Below are positions 1-13,187 of a stretch of 64,000 bases of DNA, piece after piece. Within the stretch, counting starts at the first letter, position 1. The number at the start of each line of letters is the position of its first letter. The DNA is taken from assembly GCA_963796285.1 (NCBI GenBank), contig CAWCKW010000006.1, positions 1 through 64,000 on the forward strand. Reading direction: 5' to 3'. The translations under genes were made by a program, and so were the position numbers. The notes beneath the pieces were generated by a model that did not search any database, had not been told where the DNA came from, and worked only from the letters and a program-made list of their open reading frames with translations. Source of the stretch: Nitrospirota bacterium. Lineage in GTDB: Bacteria; Nitrospirota; UBA9217.

Positions 1-1118
<1,118 letters not shown>

Positions 1119-1336
1119 CTCGTGTGCCCCCCTTTCCTCGCGCGGTTCATCCGCCGTGGCCTCGCACAAAACCTCGCCATGCGTTTTTGCCACAAACTCC
1201 ATAATGTCTTGAAATCCAAAATCGAGCTTATCTTCCATAGTATTCTCCTCAATCCCTTGCGCCATAATCCTGGTCTCGGCATTGCTCTTCTTGGATCTTC
1301 TCGCCATGATCCTGCCCTCCGATCCGTTCCTTTGGA

Positions 1337-2557
1337 TTAGACGAATCCTTCCACCCACTTCCAGAGACGCTTCAGGCTCCCGCTGCTCCTGAATTTTCGC
1401 GGTGCCTCCTGCGCATTCTCGGCGCCGTAGAGCACAAGCCCCACTCCCGTGGCGTAGATCGGGCTGTTCACCACGTCCATGAGGCCGCCGATGTTTCTCG
1501 GAGTGCCGCGCCGGATCGGCAGGCCGAGATAGCGTTCCGCCGCATCCTGCGCCCCTTCCATCAGGGCCGTGCCGCCGGTCAGCACAACGCCGGAGGCGAA
1601 CATATCCTCGAACCCCGTTTTTTTGAGCCGTTGCTGTATCATGCCGAACAGCTCTTCGACGCGGGGCTCGATGATCTCGCACAGGATCTGGCGTGAGAGG
1701 AGCCGGGGCGGCCGCCCGCCCACACTGGGAACATCGAGGGTTTCCTCGTGCTTGACGAGGGAGGAGAGGGCGCACCCGTACTTGATCTTGATCTTTTCCG
1801 CCTCCGAGGCCGGGGTGCGCAGGCCGATCGCAATATCGTTCGTAAGATGGTTTCCGCCGATGGGAAGCACCTCGGTGTGCCACAGGCTGCCCTCGAGAAA
1901 GAACGCCAGGTCCGTGGTCCCGCCGCCGATGTCCACAACGACGACGCCGAGTTCCTGTTCCTCGGACGTGAGCACCGCCCTGCTCGAGGCGAGCGGCTGC
2001 AGCACCAGGTCGTTCACATGCAGCCCCGCTCGCGAGCAACTCTTCACGATGTTCTGAATGGCGGTCACCGCGCCGGTGATGATATGGACCTTGACATCGA
2101 GCCGCGTTCCCGACATCCCGTGCGGGTCCCTGATCCCGTCCTGGTCGTCAATGATGAATTCCTGCGGCAGGACATGAAGGATCTGCTGATCCATGGGAAT
2201 GTTCACAGCCCGGGCCCCATCAATGGCCCGCGCCACGTCCGCCGGTCCGACCTCCCGGTTCTTGATCGCCGCCACGCCGCGCGAGTTCATCCCCTTGATA
2301 TGGCCGCCTGAGATCCCCACATACGCCGAGTTAATCTCCACGCCGGCCATGAGCTCTGCCTCATGCACCGCTTTTTTTATGGACTCCACCGTACTGTCAA
2401 TGTTGACGACAACCCCTTTTTTCAATCCGTGCGAGGGACTGATACCGATCCCGATGATATCGACCTTGCCGTCGTCCTTGAGCTCGCCCACGATGGCGCA
2501 GACCTTGGTTGTCCCCAGATCCAGACCCACCAGCACGTTATTCGGTTTTCTCGCCAC
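1337..2557 (-). CDS. ftsA: Cell division protein FtsA
   Basis: Motifs VGLDLGTTKV, VVDIGGGTTD and VLTGG. GTG start at 2557 with an AAGGAGG SD. Confidence 0.97.
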   Translation of the reverse strand: MARKPNNVLVGLDLGTTKVCAIVGELKDDGKVDIIGIGISPSHGLKKGVVVNIDSTVESIKKAVHEAELMAGVEINSAYVGISGGHIKGMNSRGVAAIKNREVGPADVARAIDGARAVNIPMDQQILHVLPQEFIIDDQDGIRDPHGMSGTRLDVKVHIITGAVTAIQNIVKSCSRAGLHVNDLVLQPLASSRAVLTSEEQELGVVVVDIGGGTTDLAFFLEGSLWHTEVLPIGGNHLTNDIAIGLRTPASEAEKIKIKYGCALSSLVKHEETLDVPSVGGRPPRLLSRQILCEIIEPRVEELFGMIQQRLKKTGFEDMFASGVVLTGGTALMEGAQDAAERYLGLPIRRGTPRNIGGLMDVVNSPIYATGVGLVLYGAENAQEAPRKFRSSGSLKRLWKWVEGFV

Positions 2558-2600
2558 TGCTTCCTCCTTAAGAAGGGTCATGGGGCATGGCATGGATAAC

Positions 2601-3521
2601 CTACAAGCCGTGTTTTTTCTTGACCCCTGACCCCTGACCCTTGACCCCTGCCTTGTGCTCTACGCCCCCGACATTTTTCACCATCACCGCGGCCTGTCGC
2701 TCGGGACGAAGGTCCACGTAGGCGATCTCCAGGCCGCGCTGTTTTGCATCGGACAGGATCTCGGCAAGCCTGCTGAGCTTCTCCGCATGATTGCCCGTGC
2801 CGATCTTGAACTCGTGGTCGGCATATAAAACACTGAGCGTTTCGGGAGATTCCGCCCTGATAGTCACCTCATGCAGCTCCCACCCGCCCCGTTCGGCGAT
2901 CTCGGCAACAAGCATCAGCGCTTCGGCCATACCTTCGGACGTCACCTGCTCGCCCAACCGTACGCGATGCTCCTTGACAACAATGACGGGGAGCTGCCAT
3001 GCTGATGCGTTTTCATTCACGATCTTTTCTATGATGATGCCATCGTTGTCCATCACATACCGGCCGGCGCCGGTATCCAGCAGCGCAAAGGGGACCCGCT
3101 CGGTAACCACTATGCTGATCCTGTTCGGCAGGCGGCGGTAGATCCGGACATCCTGCACCCAGGGGTTCGCGCGCGCGCGCCTGGCAACGGTTTCAAGGTC
3201 AACCCGAAAAATGTTCTGGCCGGTGAATACGCCGGTGATCGTCCGGAGATCAGCCTCGCTCACCTGCTTCACGCCCGTTACATCCACGCCCGCGATTTGG
3301 AACATCTCAGCGTGCAGGAACGTCTGGTATGCCTGCCAGGCCAACACGCCGCCTGCGATGATTATGACGACCGTGATGATCCGCAGCGCGGCGGTTTTGA
3401 TCCCCGCTCCGCCTGTCCGGGACCATCCGGCAGCGCGTCCCGCCTCGGCCCGTTTAACGGTCACGCGGTTTGAGTTGCTGCGGTACGATCTCGGGACTTT
3501 TACGTTTTTATAGTCTCTCAT
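2601..3521 (-). CDS. ftsQ: Cell division protein FtsQ/DivIB
   Basis: One TM helix, a POTRA domain (NPWVQDVRIYRRLPNRI) and C-terminal YVDLR. Lies between ddl and ftsA. Confidence 0.9.
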   Translation of the reverse strand: MRDYKNVKVPRSYRSNSNRVTVKRAEAGRAAGWSRTGGAGIKTAALRIITVVIIIAGGVLAWQAYQTFLHAEMFQIAGVDVTGVKQVSEADLRTITGVFTGQNIFRVDLETVARRARANPWVQDVRIYRRLPNRISIVVTERVPFALLDTGAGRYVMDNDGIIIEKIVNENASAWQLPVIVVKEHRVRLGEQVTSEGMAEALMLVAEIAERGGWELHEVTIRAESPETLSVLYADHEFKIGTGNHAEKLSRLAEILSDAKQRGLEIAYVDLRPERQAAVMVKNVGGVEHKAGVKGQGSGVKKKHGL

Positions 3522-3525
3522 ATTC

Positions 3526-3600
3526 GATTGCGGAATGCCGATTGCCGATTGCGGAATGATCGAGACAAAACCTTTCAATCCGAAATCCGCAATCCGAAAT
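3526..3600. repeat. Inverted pair of heptamer arrays at the ddl/ftsQ junction
   Basis: GATTGCG GAATGCC GATTGCC GATTGCG, a spacer, then CAATCCG AAATCCG CAATCCG. Confidence 0.85.
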
Positions 3601-4527
3601 TTAACGATCCTTGAGCGCCAATCGCAGAATTTCCTCCACCAGGTCAGGGAACGACATGCCGACACCCCGTGCGATATCGGGCAAAAGGCTCGTGGCCGTC
3701 ATTCCCGGCAGGGTGTTCACTTCAAGGATATAGGGATCGCCGGCGGCATCAATGATAAAATCCACTCTGCTGTATCCCCTGCAGCCCAATGCACGGTGCG
3801 CGGCCAGCCCCGCGTCGAGCGTCCGCTTGTAAACTGCCTCGGGTACCCTCGCGGGGAAATAATGCTCCGACATCCCCTGTTCGTACTTTGCTTTGTAGCT
3901 GTAGAAGACGTCCTTCGGTACGATCTCGATGGCGCCCAGAGCGCGCTCGCCCAGGACGCCGACCTGTACCTCCATCCCGCGGATGTATTTCTCGATCAGG
4001 ACCTCGCGGTCATATGAAAAGGCAAGCTTCACCGCGGGAGCGAGCTCATCGCCCGTGTTGACCACGCTCACCCCGACGCTTGATCCCTCGGAGCTCGGCT
4101 TGACAACGAGAGGAAAACCAAGCTCCATCTGCGCTGTCGTCAGCGGTTCCTTATCGCCGACGGAAACAACCATGAATGGGCCTACGTGAAGACCATATGC
4201 CTTGAACACGGTCTTGGAGATGATCTTGTTCATGCCCATGGCGCTCGCGAGGATTCCCGAGCCCGTACCGGGAATGCCCAGGATCTCGAGCATGCCCTGG
4301 ATCGCTCCGTCCTCTCCAAACTTGCCGTGGAGCCCGTTGAAGGCGACCTCGACTCCCGATTTCCGGAGCTGCTCTCCCACATCTCTGCCGACATCAACTG
4401 CAACGGCATCATATCCTTTGCCTATCAGCGCTTCCAGAATTGCGTTTCCGCTCGCGAGCGAAACCTCCCGCTCCGACGATAACCCGCCCATGAGCACACC
4501 GATCTTTTTTTTCGTTATTAAAGCCAT
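3601..4527 (-). CDS. ddl: D-alanine--D-alanine ligase
   Basis: Motifs GGLSSEREVSL, HGKFGEDG and LEVNTLPGMT. Confidence 0.97.
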   Translation of the reverse strand: MALITKKKIGVLMGGLSSEREVSLASGNAILEALIGKGYDAVAVDVGRDVGEQLRKSGVEVAFNGLHGKFGEDGAIQGMLEILGIPGTGSGILASAMGMNKIISKTVFKAYGLHVGPFMVVSVGDKEPLTTAQMELGFPLVVKPSSEGSSVGVSVVNTGDELAPAVKLAFSYDREVLIEKYIRGMEVQVGVLGERALGAIEIVPKDVFYSYKAKYEQGMSEHYFPARVPEAVYKRTLDAGLAAHRALGCRGYSRVDFIIDAAGDPYILEVNTLPGMTATSLLPDIARGVGMSFPDLVEEILRLALKDR

Positions 4528-4580
4528 GTGATTATTCCGCGCCTTCTCAAGGACCCAAACACCAGGACCCCGGAGCCTTT

Positions 4581-5492
4581 TTACGCATCGTCTCCTATTA
4601 TCCTTATCTCCGGCTCAAGCCGAACGCCGGATATCTCCAGCACTTTCTCCTTAACGATCTCCATGAGCGACAGCACATCCGCTGCTTTCGCCTTGCCCGT
4701 GTTCACGATAACGTTGGCATGCTTTTCCGAAACCTGCGCACCTCCGACCTTCCTGCCCTTGAGCCCGGCAAGTTCGATCAACTTGCCCGCGGATTCTTCC
4801 TGCGCGTTTTTGAACACTGATCCCGCATTCGGGGACCCCCAGGGCTGACGCTGCTTTCTGGTGTGCATCAGTTCTTTGATCCGTGCCTTGATCTTCTCGG
4901 TATCGTCGCGCCGCAGGACCACCCGCACCTCCAGCACCAGATGTCCTGCGGGGATCGAGGTCGTCCGATAGCTGAACCCCATCTCCTGCGCGCCCCTGGT
5001 GATCAACTCGCCGTCAGGCGAGATCAGGGAAACGGATTCAATGACGTCCCCCATCTCGCCGAGAGCAGTGCCGGCATTCATGCAGACCGCACCACCCACC
5101 GTTCCCGGGATGCCGGCGGCAAACTCAAGTCCCGTGAGCCCCTGCTCCACGGAAAAGGAGAGAAGCTTGGCCAGGGACGCGCCGGCTTCCGCGTACACCG
5201 CGGCAAACGAGCCGCCGATCGATCGGTATTCCCGTTCGATCTTGATCGCATGCAGGTGCTTCAGGGAGATCACCACGCCGCGAAACCCGCCGTCCCGCAC
5301 GAGCAGGTTGGTGCCCCCGCCGAGGATGAAGGAGGGCAGCTGCCGGGTCTTGATCGCCTGCAGCAGACGGCGAAGGTCCTCCCGGTCAACAGGATAGGCG
5401 AGAATATCCGCCGGACCGCCGATGGCATACGACGTGTGCCTGCTCAGCGGTTCGTCTCGCTTGATCTCGCCTTTAAAGTTTTGTATTTCCAT
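4581..5492 (-). CDS. murB: UDP-N-acetylenolpyruvoylglucosamine reductase
   Basis: Motifs [29 protein letters not shown] and HAN. Confidence 0.97.
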   Translation of the reverse strand: MEIQNFKGEIKRDEPLSRHTSYAIGGPADILAYPVDREDLRRLLQAIKTRQLPSFILGGGTNLLVRDGGFRGVVISLKHLHAIKIEREYRSIGGSFAAVYAEAGASLAKLLSFSVEQGLTGLEFAAGIPGTVGGAVCMNAGTALGEMGDVIESVSLISPDGELITRGAQEMGFSYRTTSIPAGHLVLEVRVVLRRDDTEKIKARIKELMHTRKQRQPWGSPNAGSVFKNAQEESAGKLIELAGLKGRKVGGAQVSEKHANVIVNTGKAKAADVLSLMEIVKEKVLEISGVRLEPEIRIIGDDA

Positions 5493-6867
5493 GGTCCATG
5501 TGTTTCAGGCGCTCCACAACCTGTTCCCCGAGCTTCCACACGTCGCCGGCGCCGAGCGTGATCATGAGATCGCCCTTTTTGAGGACCGAGAGCATGTGCT
5601 CGACGATCTTCTCCCGCTCCGGGATGTAGGAAACGTCCCTGTGGCCGTATTTCTTGATCCCCTCGTACAAGGACTGGCCCGATATCCCGGGGATCGGTTT
5701 CTCCCCTGCCGCATAGATGTCCATCACCACCAGCGTGTCCGCCTGGTTGAATGCGGTAAAGAATTCCTCGAGCAGGTGCTGCGTCCTCGTATAGCGGTGG
5801 GGCTGGAACACCACGACCACGCGCCGCTCCATGCCCGCGGCCGCCGCGGCGAGCGTGGCCTTCACCTCGGTGGGGTGGTGGCCGTAGTCATCGACAATCG
5901 TGATCCCGCCCACCTCGCCCTTGATCTGGAACCGACGCTGCACGCCGCTGAAGTCCTTGAGCGCTTTTCTGATGACCTCGAGCTCGATGTCCAGTTCCCG
6001 CGCCACGGCAATGGCCGCAAGGCTGTTGTTGATATTGTGCACGCCCGGCACCGAGAGTTCGAACCATCCGAGGTCCTGGGCGTGGTGCAGCACTTTGAAC
6101 GAGGAGCCGAGCGGCTTGAGCGAGACGTCCCGTGCCTGGTAATCGGCCTGAGAGCTCATGCCGTAGGTCTGGTACCGTTTCTGCACCAGCGGGATAAGGG
6201 CCTGGATATGCGGCTGGTCCAGGCACAGGATGGAAACGCCGTAGAACGGGACCTTGTTGATGAACTGAAGGAAGGCCGACTTGATCTCATGGATGTCCTT
6301 ATAGTAGTCGAGGTGCTCCTCATCAATGGTCGTGACCACGGCGATCGTGGGAGAAAGTTTCAGGAAGCTCCCGTCGCTCTCGTCCGCCTCGGCCACGAGG
6401 AACTCGCCCTGACCGAGCTTGGCGTTCGTGCCGAGGCTGTTCAACTTGCCGCCGATCACGACCGTGGGGTCGATCCCGCCGGCCGCAAGCACCGTGGCGA
6501 CCATGGAGGTCGTCGTGGTCTTGCCGTGCGCGCCCGCGATGGCAACGCCGTACTTGAGCCGCATGAGTTCGGCGAGCATCTCCGCCCGCGGAATGACCGG
6601 GACCTGCTTCTCCCGCGCGGCGATCACCTCGACATTGTCGTTCTTCACGGCCGAGGAGATCACCACCACATGCGGTGTCGTGATGTTCGCGGCACGGTGG
6701 CCGATGGAGATCTCGCCGCCCAGTTTTTTAAGCCGCTCCGTCGTGTCCGACTCCTTCATGTCCGAACCGGTGACCTTGTACCCGAGGTTCAGGAGCACCT
6801 CGGCAATGCCGCTCATGCCGATGCCGCCGATCCCCACAAAATGAATGTGTTTAATTTTTTTGAACAT
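5473..6867 (-). CDS. murC: UDP-N-acetylmuramate--L-alanine ligase
   Basis: Motifs [27 protein letters not shown] and DDYGHHPTE. Confidence 0.98.
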   Translation of the reverse strand: MFKKIKHIHFVGIGGIGMSGIAEVLLNLGYKVTGSDMKESDTTERLKKLGGEISIGHRAANITTPHVVVISSAVKNDNVEVIAAREKQVPVIPRAEMLAELMRLKYGVAIAGAHGKTTTTSMVATVLAAGGIDPTVVIGGKLNSLGTNAKLGQGEFLVAEADESDGSFLKLSPTIAVVTTIDEEHLDYYKDIHEIKSAFLQFINKVPFYGVSILCLDQPHIQALIPLVQKRYQTYGMSSQADYQARDVSLKPLGSSFKVLHHAQDLGWFELSVPGVHNINNSLAAIAVARELDIELEVIRKALKDFSGVQRRFQIKGEVGGITIVDDYGHHPTEVKATLAAAAAGMERRVVVVFQPHRYTRTQHLLEEFFTAFNQADTLVVMDIYAAGEKPIPGISGQSLYEGIKKYGHRDVSYIPEREKIVEHMLSVLKKGDLMITLGAGDVWKLGEQVVERLKHMDHGNTKL

Positions 6868-7933
6868 AGTCGTTACAGATCCTTACAATCTCCTCCGCCG
6901 CCGTATTCTGCATCGGTGCCGCGCTCAGCGCGCCGGCCCCCGGTGCGCGATAATTCTTGATAACGCCGGCCAGCTTCTCCGGCGTGAGGTCCCGCTGGAG
7001 GATCACCTCGGCCATGCCGCGCGCTGCCAGCGCCATCGCATTGTACTCCTGGTGGTTGTCCGCGGCAAAGGGAAAAGGGACCAGCACCGCGCGTTTGCCG
7101 CAGACCGCGAGCTCTGCCACCGTGGTTGCACCCGACCTGCAGATCACGAGATCGGCAGCAGCATACGCCCCTGCCATGTCGTGGATATACGGGAGCACAA
7201 CCGCCTTCACTCCCGCATCACGATAACCAGCTGCGGCCTCGACAACGTCCTTTTCCCCGGTCTGATGAAGGACCTGAAGGTCGCGGACGTCTTTCAGATA
7301 GACAGCGGCCCTTTTCATTGCCATGTTGATGGCGTGAGCGCCGCCGCTCCCGCCCATCACAAAGACCGTGAACCTTCCCGGTTCAAGCCCGAATCCGGCG
7401 AGTGCCTTGTCGCGGTCGCCTTGTTCAATCCCTTTCCTGACCAGCGGACCGAGATTCACGGTCTTCTCAGGAGGAAAGAACTTCTGCGCCCCGGTCCCTG
7501 GAAAGCAGAGGACCACCTTATTAGCCAGTTTCCCCAGTTTCCTGTTCGCAAGCCCGGCATAGGAATTCGGCTCCACGATGAACAAGGGAATCCGGAGACC
7601 CAATGCCGCCAGGCCCATCGGGCCCGAGGAATAGCCGCCCACGCCGATCACGACGTCAGGCCTGATCTCACGAAGCATCTTCAGGGACTGCAGCACGCTC
7701 AGGGGCATCAGGACCATCGTCTTGATGATCGACAGGAGGTTCATGCCTTTGAGCTTTCCAACCGTGATAAAACGGACCGGCAATCCTTCTTTCGGGAGCA
7801 CCCTGGCCTCGATGCCCTGGGCCGTGCCGACGAACACGACCTCGTTGCCGCTCTCCTTCAGCAGCTCACGAGCGATGGCGATCCCCGGATACAGATGGCC
7901 TCCGGTCCCTCCCCCTGCGATCACAACCTTCAT
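6851..7933 (-). CDS. murG: Lipid I N-acetylglucosaminyl transferase MurG
   Basis: Motifs [25 protein letters not shown] and HQEYNA. Confidence 0.97.
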   Translation of the reverse strand: MKVVIAGGGTGGHLYPGIAIARELLKESGNEVVFVGTAQGIEARVLPKEGLPVRFITVGKLKGMNLLSIIKTMVLMPLSVLQSLKMLREIRPDVVIGVGGYSSGPMGLAALGLRIPLFIVEPNSYAGLANRKLGKLANKVVLCFPGTGAQKFFPPEKTVNLGPLVRKGIEQGDRDKALAGFGLEPGRFTVFVMGGSGGAHAINMAMKRAAVYLKDVRDLQVLHQTGEKDVVEAAAGYRDAGVKAVVLPYIHDMAGAYAAADLVICRSGATTVAELAVCGKRAVLVPFPFAADNHQEYNAMALAARGMAEVILQRDLTPEKLAGVIKNYRAPGAGALSAAPMQNTAAEEIVRICNDYVQKN

Positions 7934-7980
7934 GCTCTATCGTGCTCTCCTTGACCCCTGCCCCGTGACCCGCGACCCTG

Positions 7981-9093
7981 TTAGGTTGTTTCTTTCGAAA
8001 TATTCAACAGCACCCCGAGGGCCCCCATGGTGATCACGAGCGATGAACCGCCGTAGCTCACGAGCGGCAGCGCGATGCCCTTTGTGGGCAAGAGCCCGGT
8101 CACGACCGCCATGTTGATCATCCCCTGGAAGCAGATCAGGAGCGTGATGCCGAGTGCGAGCATGCGGCTGAACATATCTCCCGAGGCAAGCGCGATACGC
8201 ACTCCCCGCCACAGGATGATAAGAAAGAGAACGACTACCGCAAGCGTGCCGATCAGGCCAAGCTCTTCCCCGATCACCGCGTAGATAAAGTCAGAATGCC
8301 GCTCCGGCAGGAACAGGAGCTTCTGCCTGCCCTCACCCAGTCCCCTGCCGAATATGCCGCCGCTGCCGAGGGCAAGGAACGACTGAATGATCTGATGGCC
8401 CGCTCCCTGCGGATCGGCCCAGGGATCGAGGAATGAGAAGACCCTGCGGGCACGATATGCGCTGTGGGCCACGGCAATATAAACGACCGGGAGCGCCGCG
8501 ACAACGGTGCCGCCGAGGTGGAGCAGGTTCGCTCCGCCGGCAAAGAGCATGATGCCGGCCACGCCCGCGAGCGTCATGCCGGCGCCGAAATCCGGCTGGC
8601 GGCTCGTCACAAGCAGGAACACCCCAATCACCACATATGCCGGGAACAATCCGCTCATGAAATCGCGGAGCTCGTTTCCCTTTTTAGCGATGTAGTGGCT
8701 CAGATAGACCACGACCACGAACTTGGCGAGCTCCGACGGCTGGAACGAGAACATGCCCAGCCTCAGCCACCGGCGGGACCCGTTGATCATCCTGCCTACG
8801 CCCGGCACCAATGTTGCCGCGAGCAGCACGAGGGAAACAACCAGCAGAGCGAGTACGACCCGCTTGTCTTGAAACACCGCGTGGTCCATACGCATCGTGA
8901 TCGCCATCAGGGCAAGGCCAATGACGGCCCACATGATCTGGCGCTTCATGAAGAACGCCGGGTCGTCGTAGGTCGTGAGCGCCACAACGCTGCTTGAGCT
9001 GTACACCATCACGATGCTGCCCACCAGAAGCGCCAGGATAGCCGCGAGCAGCGGCGCGTCGTAATGACCCTTATAGTGCATCACTCTCTGCAT
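7981..9093 (-). CDS. ftsW: Peptidoglycan polymerase FtsW (SEDS family)
   Basis: Multi-TM protein with FQPSELAK, LPERHSDFI and LPLVSYGGSS. Confidence 0.96.
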   Translation of the reverse strand: MQRVMHYKGHYDAPLLAAILALLVGSIVMVYSSSSVVALTTYDDPAFFMKRQIMWAVIGLALMAITMRMDHAVFQDKRVVLALLVVSLVLLAATLVPGVGRMINGSRRWLRLGMFSFQPSELAKFVVVVYLSHYIAKKGNELRDFMSGLFPAYVVIGVFLLVTSRQPDFGAGMTLAGVAGIMLFAGGANLLHLGGTVVAALPVVYIAVAHSAYRARRVFSFLDPWADPQGAGHQIIQSFLALGSGGIFGRGLGEGRQKLLFLPERHSDFIYAVIGEELGLIGTLAVVVLFLIILWRGVRIALASGDMFSRMLALGITLLICFQGMINMAVVTGLLPTKGIALPLVSYGGSSLVITMGALGVLLNISKETT

Positions 9094-9131
9094 GATTGTC
9101 GATCCTGTCTAACGAAACACCGGCCCCGTGA

Positions 9132-10467
9132 TCAGAGCCCCTTCACTGCTTCCTTGAACTGTCTCCCGCGGTCCTCGAAATCCCTGAACATGTCAAAGCT
9201 CGCGCACGCGGGCGACAGGAGCACGACGTCACCGCGGGCGGCACGGGTCGACGCGAGCCGGACCGCCTCCTGCAGCGACGCTGCGAGCACCGTCTCCGTT
9301 GCCGTACCGAGGACCTTCGCCATCTTGTCCGCAGCCTTGCCGATCAGGACCAGGAGCTTGACCTTGCGCTTGAACAGGTCGTAGAGCGGGCTGAAATCGC
9401 TTCCCTTGTCCAGGCCCCCGGCGATCAGGATAACGGGCTGGGTGAACCCCTCCACCGATTTGATGACTGCGCCGACATTCGTGCCTTTCGAGTCATTGAT
9501 ATAGCTCACGCCGTCTTTGGTTCGCACGAATTCAAGCCGGTGTTCAAGGCCGGGGAACTCCTGCAGCACCGCGGCCACCGACCGTACATCGGCGCCCGCC
9601 AGGATGGACAGTGCTGTTGCCGCAAGGGCGTTTTCGAGGTTATGCACACCATTGATCTTTAGTTCGTTAACGGCAATAACACGACGTCCGTTGAACATGA
9701 GGTGTCCATCAAGCACGCACGCGCCGGGGTTGAATCTGAGCTGCCGTGAAAAAGGAATGACCGTGGCGGCCGTGCGCCTGGTGTAGGACTTTACGATGGG
9801 ATCATCGAAATTCAGGACCAGATAATCTTCGTGTTGCTGGTTCATGAAGATCCGCGCCTTGGCTTCTCCATATTCCTCAAGATCTGGCATACCGGTCGAG
9901 ATGGTCCTGGGTCACGTTCAGGATCGTCGCGATCCGCGGCCTGAAGGTCTCGATGTCCTCAAGCTGGAAACTTGAAAGCTCGGCAACGATCCAGTCTTTT
10001 CCCGTCAGCTGCGAGACCTCTTCGGTGAGGGCGTTCCCGATATTACCTGCGACCAGCACGTTCTTCTTCGCCTTCGCGAGCATCAGCCCCACGAGGGTCG
10101 TGACCGTTGACTTGCCGTTCGTGCCCGTAATGCCGATGTACGGCGCATCAGAGAGCAGCCACGCAAGTTCGAGCTCGCTGATCACCTTGACGCCGCGCCG
10201 CTGTGCCTGCAGGACCGGCGCGATCTTGGGCACACCGGGGCTGAGCACGATGAGGTCGGCCTCGACGAAGATCCGTTCCGGATGTCCGCCCGCCTCAACA
10301 GCGATGCCGCTGCCGAGAGACGTTGTCGCCGCAGTCAGCTGGTCCAGCGGCTTCTTGTCCGTCACCGTCACGAGCGCGCCGAGCGCATGGAGCGCACGCG
10401 CAGCCGCGGCGCCGCTGCGCGCCAGACCGACGACCGTTACCTTTTTGCCCCTAAAATCCGGCTTCAC
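9132..10467 (-). CDS. murD: MurD ligase (one frameshift near 9885)
   Basis: ORFs 9877-10467 (GLARSG, GTNGKST, ELSSFQL, DHLDRY) and 9132-9890 (HRLE, NDSKGTN, SPACASFD) join if one base is removed. Confidence 0.94.
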
Positions 10468-10493
10468 AAGACCTCCGACATCAACACCTTTTT

Positions 10494-10672
10494 GCCACGC
10501 CCTGCACTCGCGCTCGCACTCGTAAACGCTGGGTGCAGGCAGAGATCACAGAGGGCACAGAGAAAAAGAGAAAAAAAGAAACTGAAAAATTTGGTTCATC
10601 TTGTCCAAGATCTTCTCTTTCCCTTACTTTCGTGTTCACGCTTTCCTCTGTGCTCTCTGTGACCTCAGTGGT
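10494..10672. repeat. Inverted nonamer-array element with a nested 42-bp insert at the mraY/murD junction
   Basis: GCCAC[insert]AGAGATCACAGAGGGCACAGAG ... CTCTGTGCTCTCTGTGACCTCAGTGGT. Confidence 0.85.
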
Positions 10673-10691
10673 AAATAGCTTTTTTCTCTTT

Positions 10692-11774
10692 TCATCTTAA
10701 CTTCAACGACCCGATCGAGATCAGCGCAAGGATGATCCCGATGATCCAGAAGCGAACGATGACCTTCGACTCCGGCCATCCGATCTGTTCAAAGTGATGG
10801 TGGATCGGCGCCATCTTGAAGATACGCTTGCCCGTCAGCTTATACGACGCCACCTGCATGATCACCGAGAAGGTCTCCATCACAAAAATGCCGCCCACGA
10901 TGACAAGGATCAGTTCGTGCTTCGTCACCACGGCCAGCGTGCCGAGCGCGCCGCCGAGCGACAGCGACCCCACGTCCCCCATGAACACCTCTGCCGGGTG
11001 CGTGTTGTACCACAGGAATCCGAGGCTTGCGCCGAGCATGGCGCCGCAAAAGATGGCGAGCTCGCCGCTCCCGGAGATGTAGAGGATCTTCAGATAGTCC
11101 GCGATGATCTTGTTCCCGCCGAGGTATACGATCACCGCATTCGCTGTGGCTGCGATGCCCACGAGACCGATGGCCAGTCCGTCCAGGCCGTCGGTGAGGT
11201 TCACGGCGTTCGACGAACCCACGATGACCACGGCAACAAAGGGGACGTAGAACCAGCCCAGGTCGAGGAATAAACTCTTCATGAACGGCACGGAAAGGAA
11301 CGTCGCCTCGTGGTCGCCGGAAAATTTATAGAGATATACGCCGATCGCAAGCGACGCCGCGATCTGGAGTCCGAACTTCTGAAATGCCCGCAGGCCGGTT
11401 GAATGCTTCTTCACCACCTTGAGGTAGTCGTCCCAGAACCCGATACCGCCGAAGGCAAGCGTGGCGAAGAGCACCACCCATACATACTTGTTCGTGAGGT
11501 CCGACCATAACAGGACGGAGGTCGCGAGGGAGGCAATGATCAGCAAACCGCCCATCGTCGGCGTTCCCTGCTTGGTAAGATGGGTCTGGGGGCCGTCGAC
11601 CCGGACCTGCTGACCGACCTTGAGCCTCCGCAGCCAGGCGATCATGGACGGCCCCAGCAGGAAGCTCGCGAGCAGCGCGGTCAATACCGCCCCTGCGCTC
11701 CGGAAGGTAATGTACCGGAAAACGTTAAAACCCGAGAACGCGTCACGCAGGGGATACAAAAGATGATAGAGCAT
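10692..11774 (-). CDS. mraY: Phospho-N-acetylmuramoyl-pentapeptide transferase
   Basis: Motifs [28 protein letters not shown] and APIHHHFE. Confidence 0.98.
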   Translation of the reverse strand: MLYHLLYPLRDAFSGFNVFRYITFRSAGAVLTALLASFLLGPSMIAWLRRLKVGQQVRVDGPQTHLTKQGTPTMGGLLIIASLATSVLLWSDLTNKYVWVVLFATLAFGGIGFWDDYLKVVKKHSTGLRAFQKFGLQIAASLAIGVYLYKFSGDHEATFLSVPFMKSLFLDLGWFYVPFVAVVIVGSSNAVNLTDGLDGLAIGLVGIAATANAVIVYLGGNKIIADYLKILYISGSGELAIFCGAMLGASLGFLWYNTHPAEVFMGDVGSLSLGGALGTLAVVTKHELILVIVGGIFVMETFSVIMQVASYKLTGKRIFKMAPIHHHFEQIGWPESKVIVRFWIIGIILALISIGSLKLR

Positions 11775-13142
11775 TAAAACTCCTCCAGGATCTTTTCCAT
11801 TTTCATGCCGCGGGACCCTTTGATCAGCACGGCATCTCCCGGCTGAGACAGCTTTGTGAGCAGAGCGGCGGCCTCGGCCTGCGAACCCGCCTCAAAGACC
11901 CGGTCCTTCGACATGCCGGCATCGATCGCCCCTGCTCCCACCTGTTTCGCGAGCGGCCCCAACAGTGATCACCAGGTCCACGCCGAGCCGCGCCGCAGTC
12001 GCGCCGATTGCGCGATGCGCATCGACGGTGACCGCCCCCAGCTCCAGCATATCGCCAAGCACGGCTATTGCCTTTCCTCCTGATCTCAGCGAGACCAGTG
12101 TTTCGAGCGCCGCTTCCATCGAAGCAGGGTTCGCATTATAACAATCGGCAAGCACGGTCCTTCCGTTGACCTGCCTGAGCTCCGAACGCATGGCAACCGG
12201 TATAAAATCATTGAGGCCTTCCTTCACGGCATCGATGGACATGCCCACCGCGAGAGCGGCCCCGGCGGCGGCCAGGGCATTATAGATATTGTGTTTCCCG
12301 ACGGCCCGCAGCCGCACGCTCACCGTGGAGCCGTTTGACCCGATCATGAATTCCGTGAAGTCCCTTTCCGGCCGGATTTCCCAAGCGCGCACATCGGATT
12401 TCTTGTCGATGCCGAAAGAAAGGACCCGTCCGTTGTACTTCTTTTTCAGCACTTCGAAGTAGTGATCATCGGCATTCAGCACCGCCGTACCGCCGGGCTT
12501 CAGGTGGTCGAACAGCTCTCCCTTTGCCTGCGCCACCCTGTCCATGCTCTTGAGAAACTCGAGATGTGCAGGACCGATGTTGGTGATCACCCCGACATCG
12601 GGGCCGATGAGCCGGGCGAGCAGATCGATCTCCCCCATCGCGCTCATGCCCATTTCCACGACCGCGGCCGTATGGTCCGCATTGAGCTTCAGGAGCGTGA
12701 GCGGCACGCCGATATGGTTGTTCAGGTTCCCCTCGTTCTTGAGCACCGGGCCTTTTTGCTTCAGGATGCCCGCGAGCATCTCCTTGGTCGTGGTCTTGCC
12801 GTTCGAGCCGGTAATGCCCACCACGGGTATCCCAAAATTCCTGCGATGCATGAAGGCCATCTCCTGGAGTGCGGAGAGCGTATCTTCCACGGGCACGATA
12901 TTCCGCAGCCCGCCGAGACTGGAGAACCTGTTCGAAAGCGCCGTCCGATCGACCAGCGCACCCCAAGCCCCTCGTTTCATCACCTCGGGAACAAAATCAT
13001 GGCCATCGAAACGGTCGCCCTTGATCGCCACGAACAGCTCATTCGCGCGAATGGTCCGGGAGTCGATGGAAACTCCCTTGATCTCCCCCCTCGTAATTTT
13101 CTTCAAGGTCTCCTTCAACAGGTTTTTTTCAGATTCGTTCAT
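11774..13142 (-). CDS. murF: MurF ligase (frameshift near 11960; start approximate)
   Basis: Motifs [28 protein letters not shown] and GDMLELG; the C-terminal KGSRGMKME is in a second frame. Confidence 0.93.
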
Positions 13143-13187
13143 GATCCGTGATACGGAATGCAGCAACAGGAAGACGGTATTTCGTAT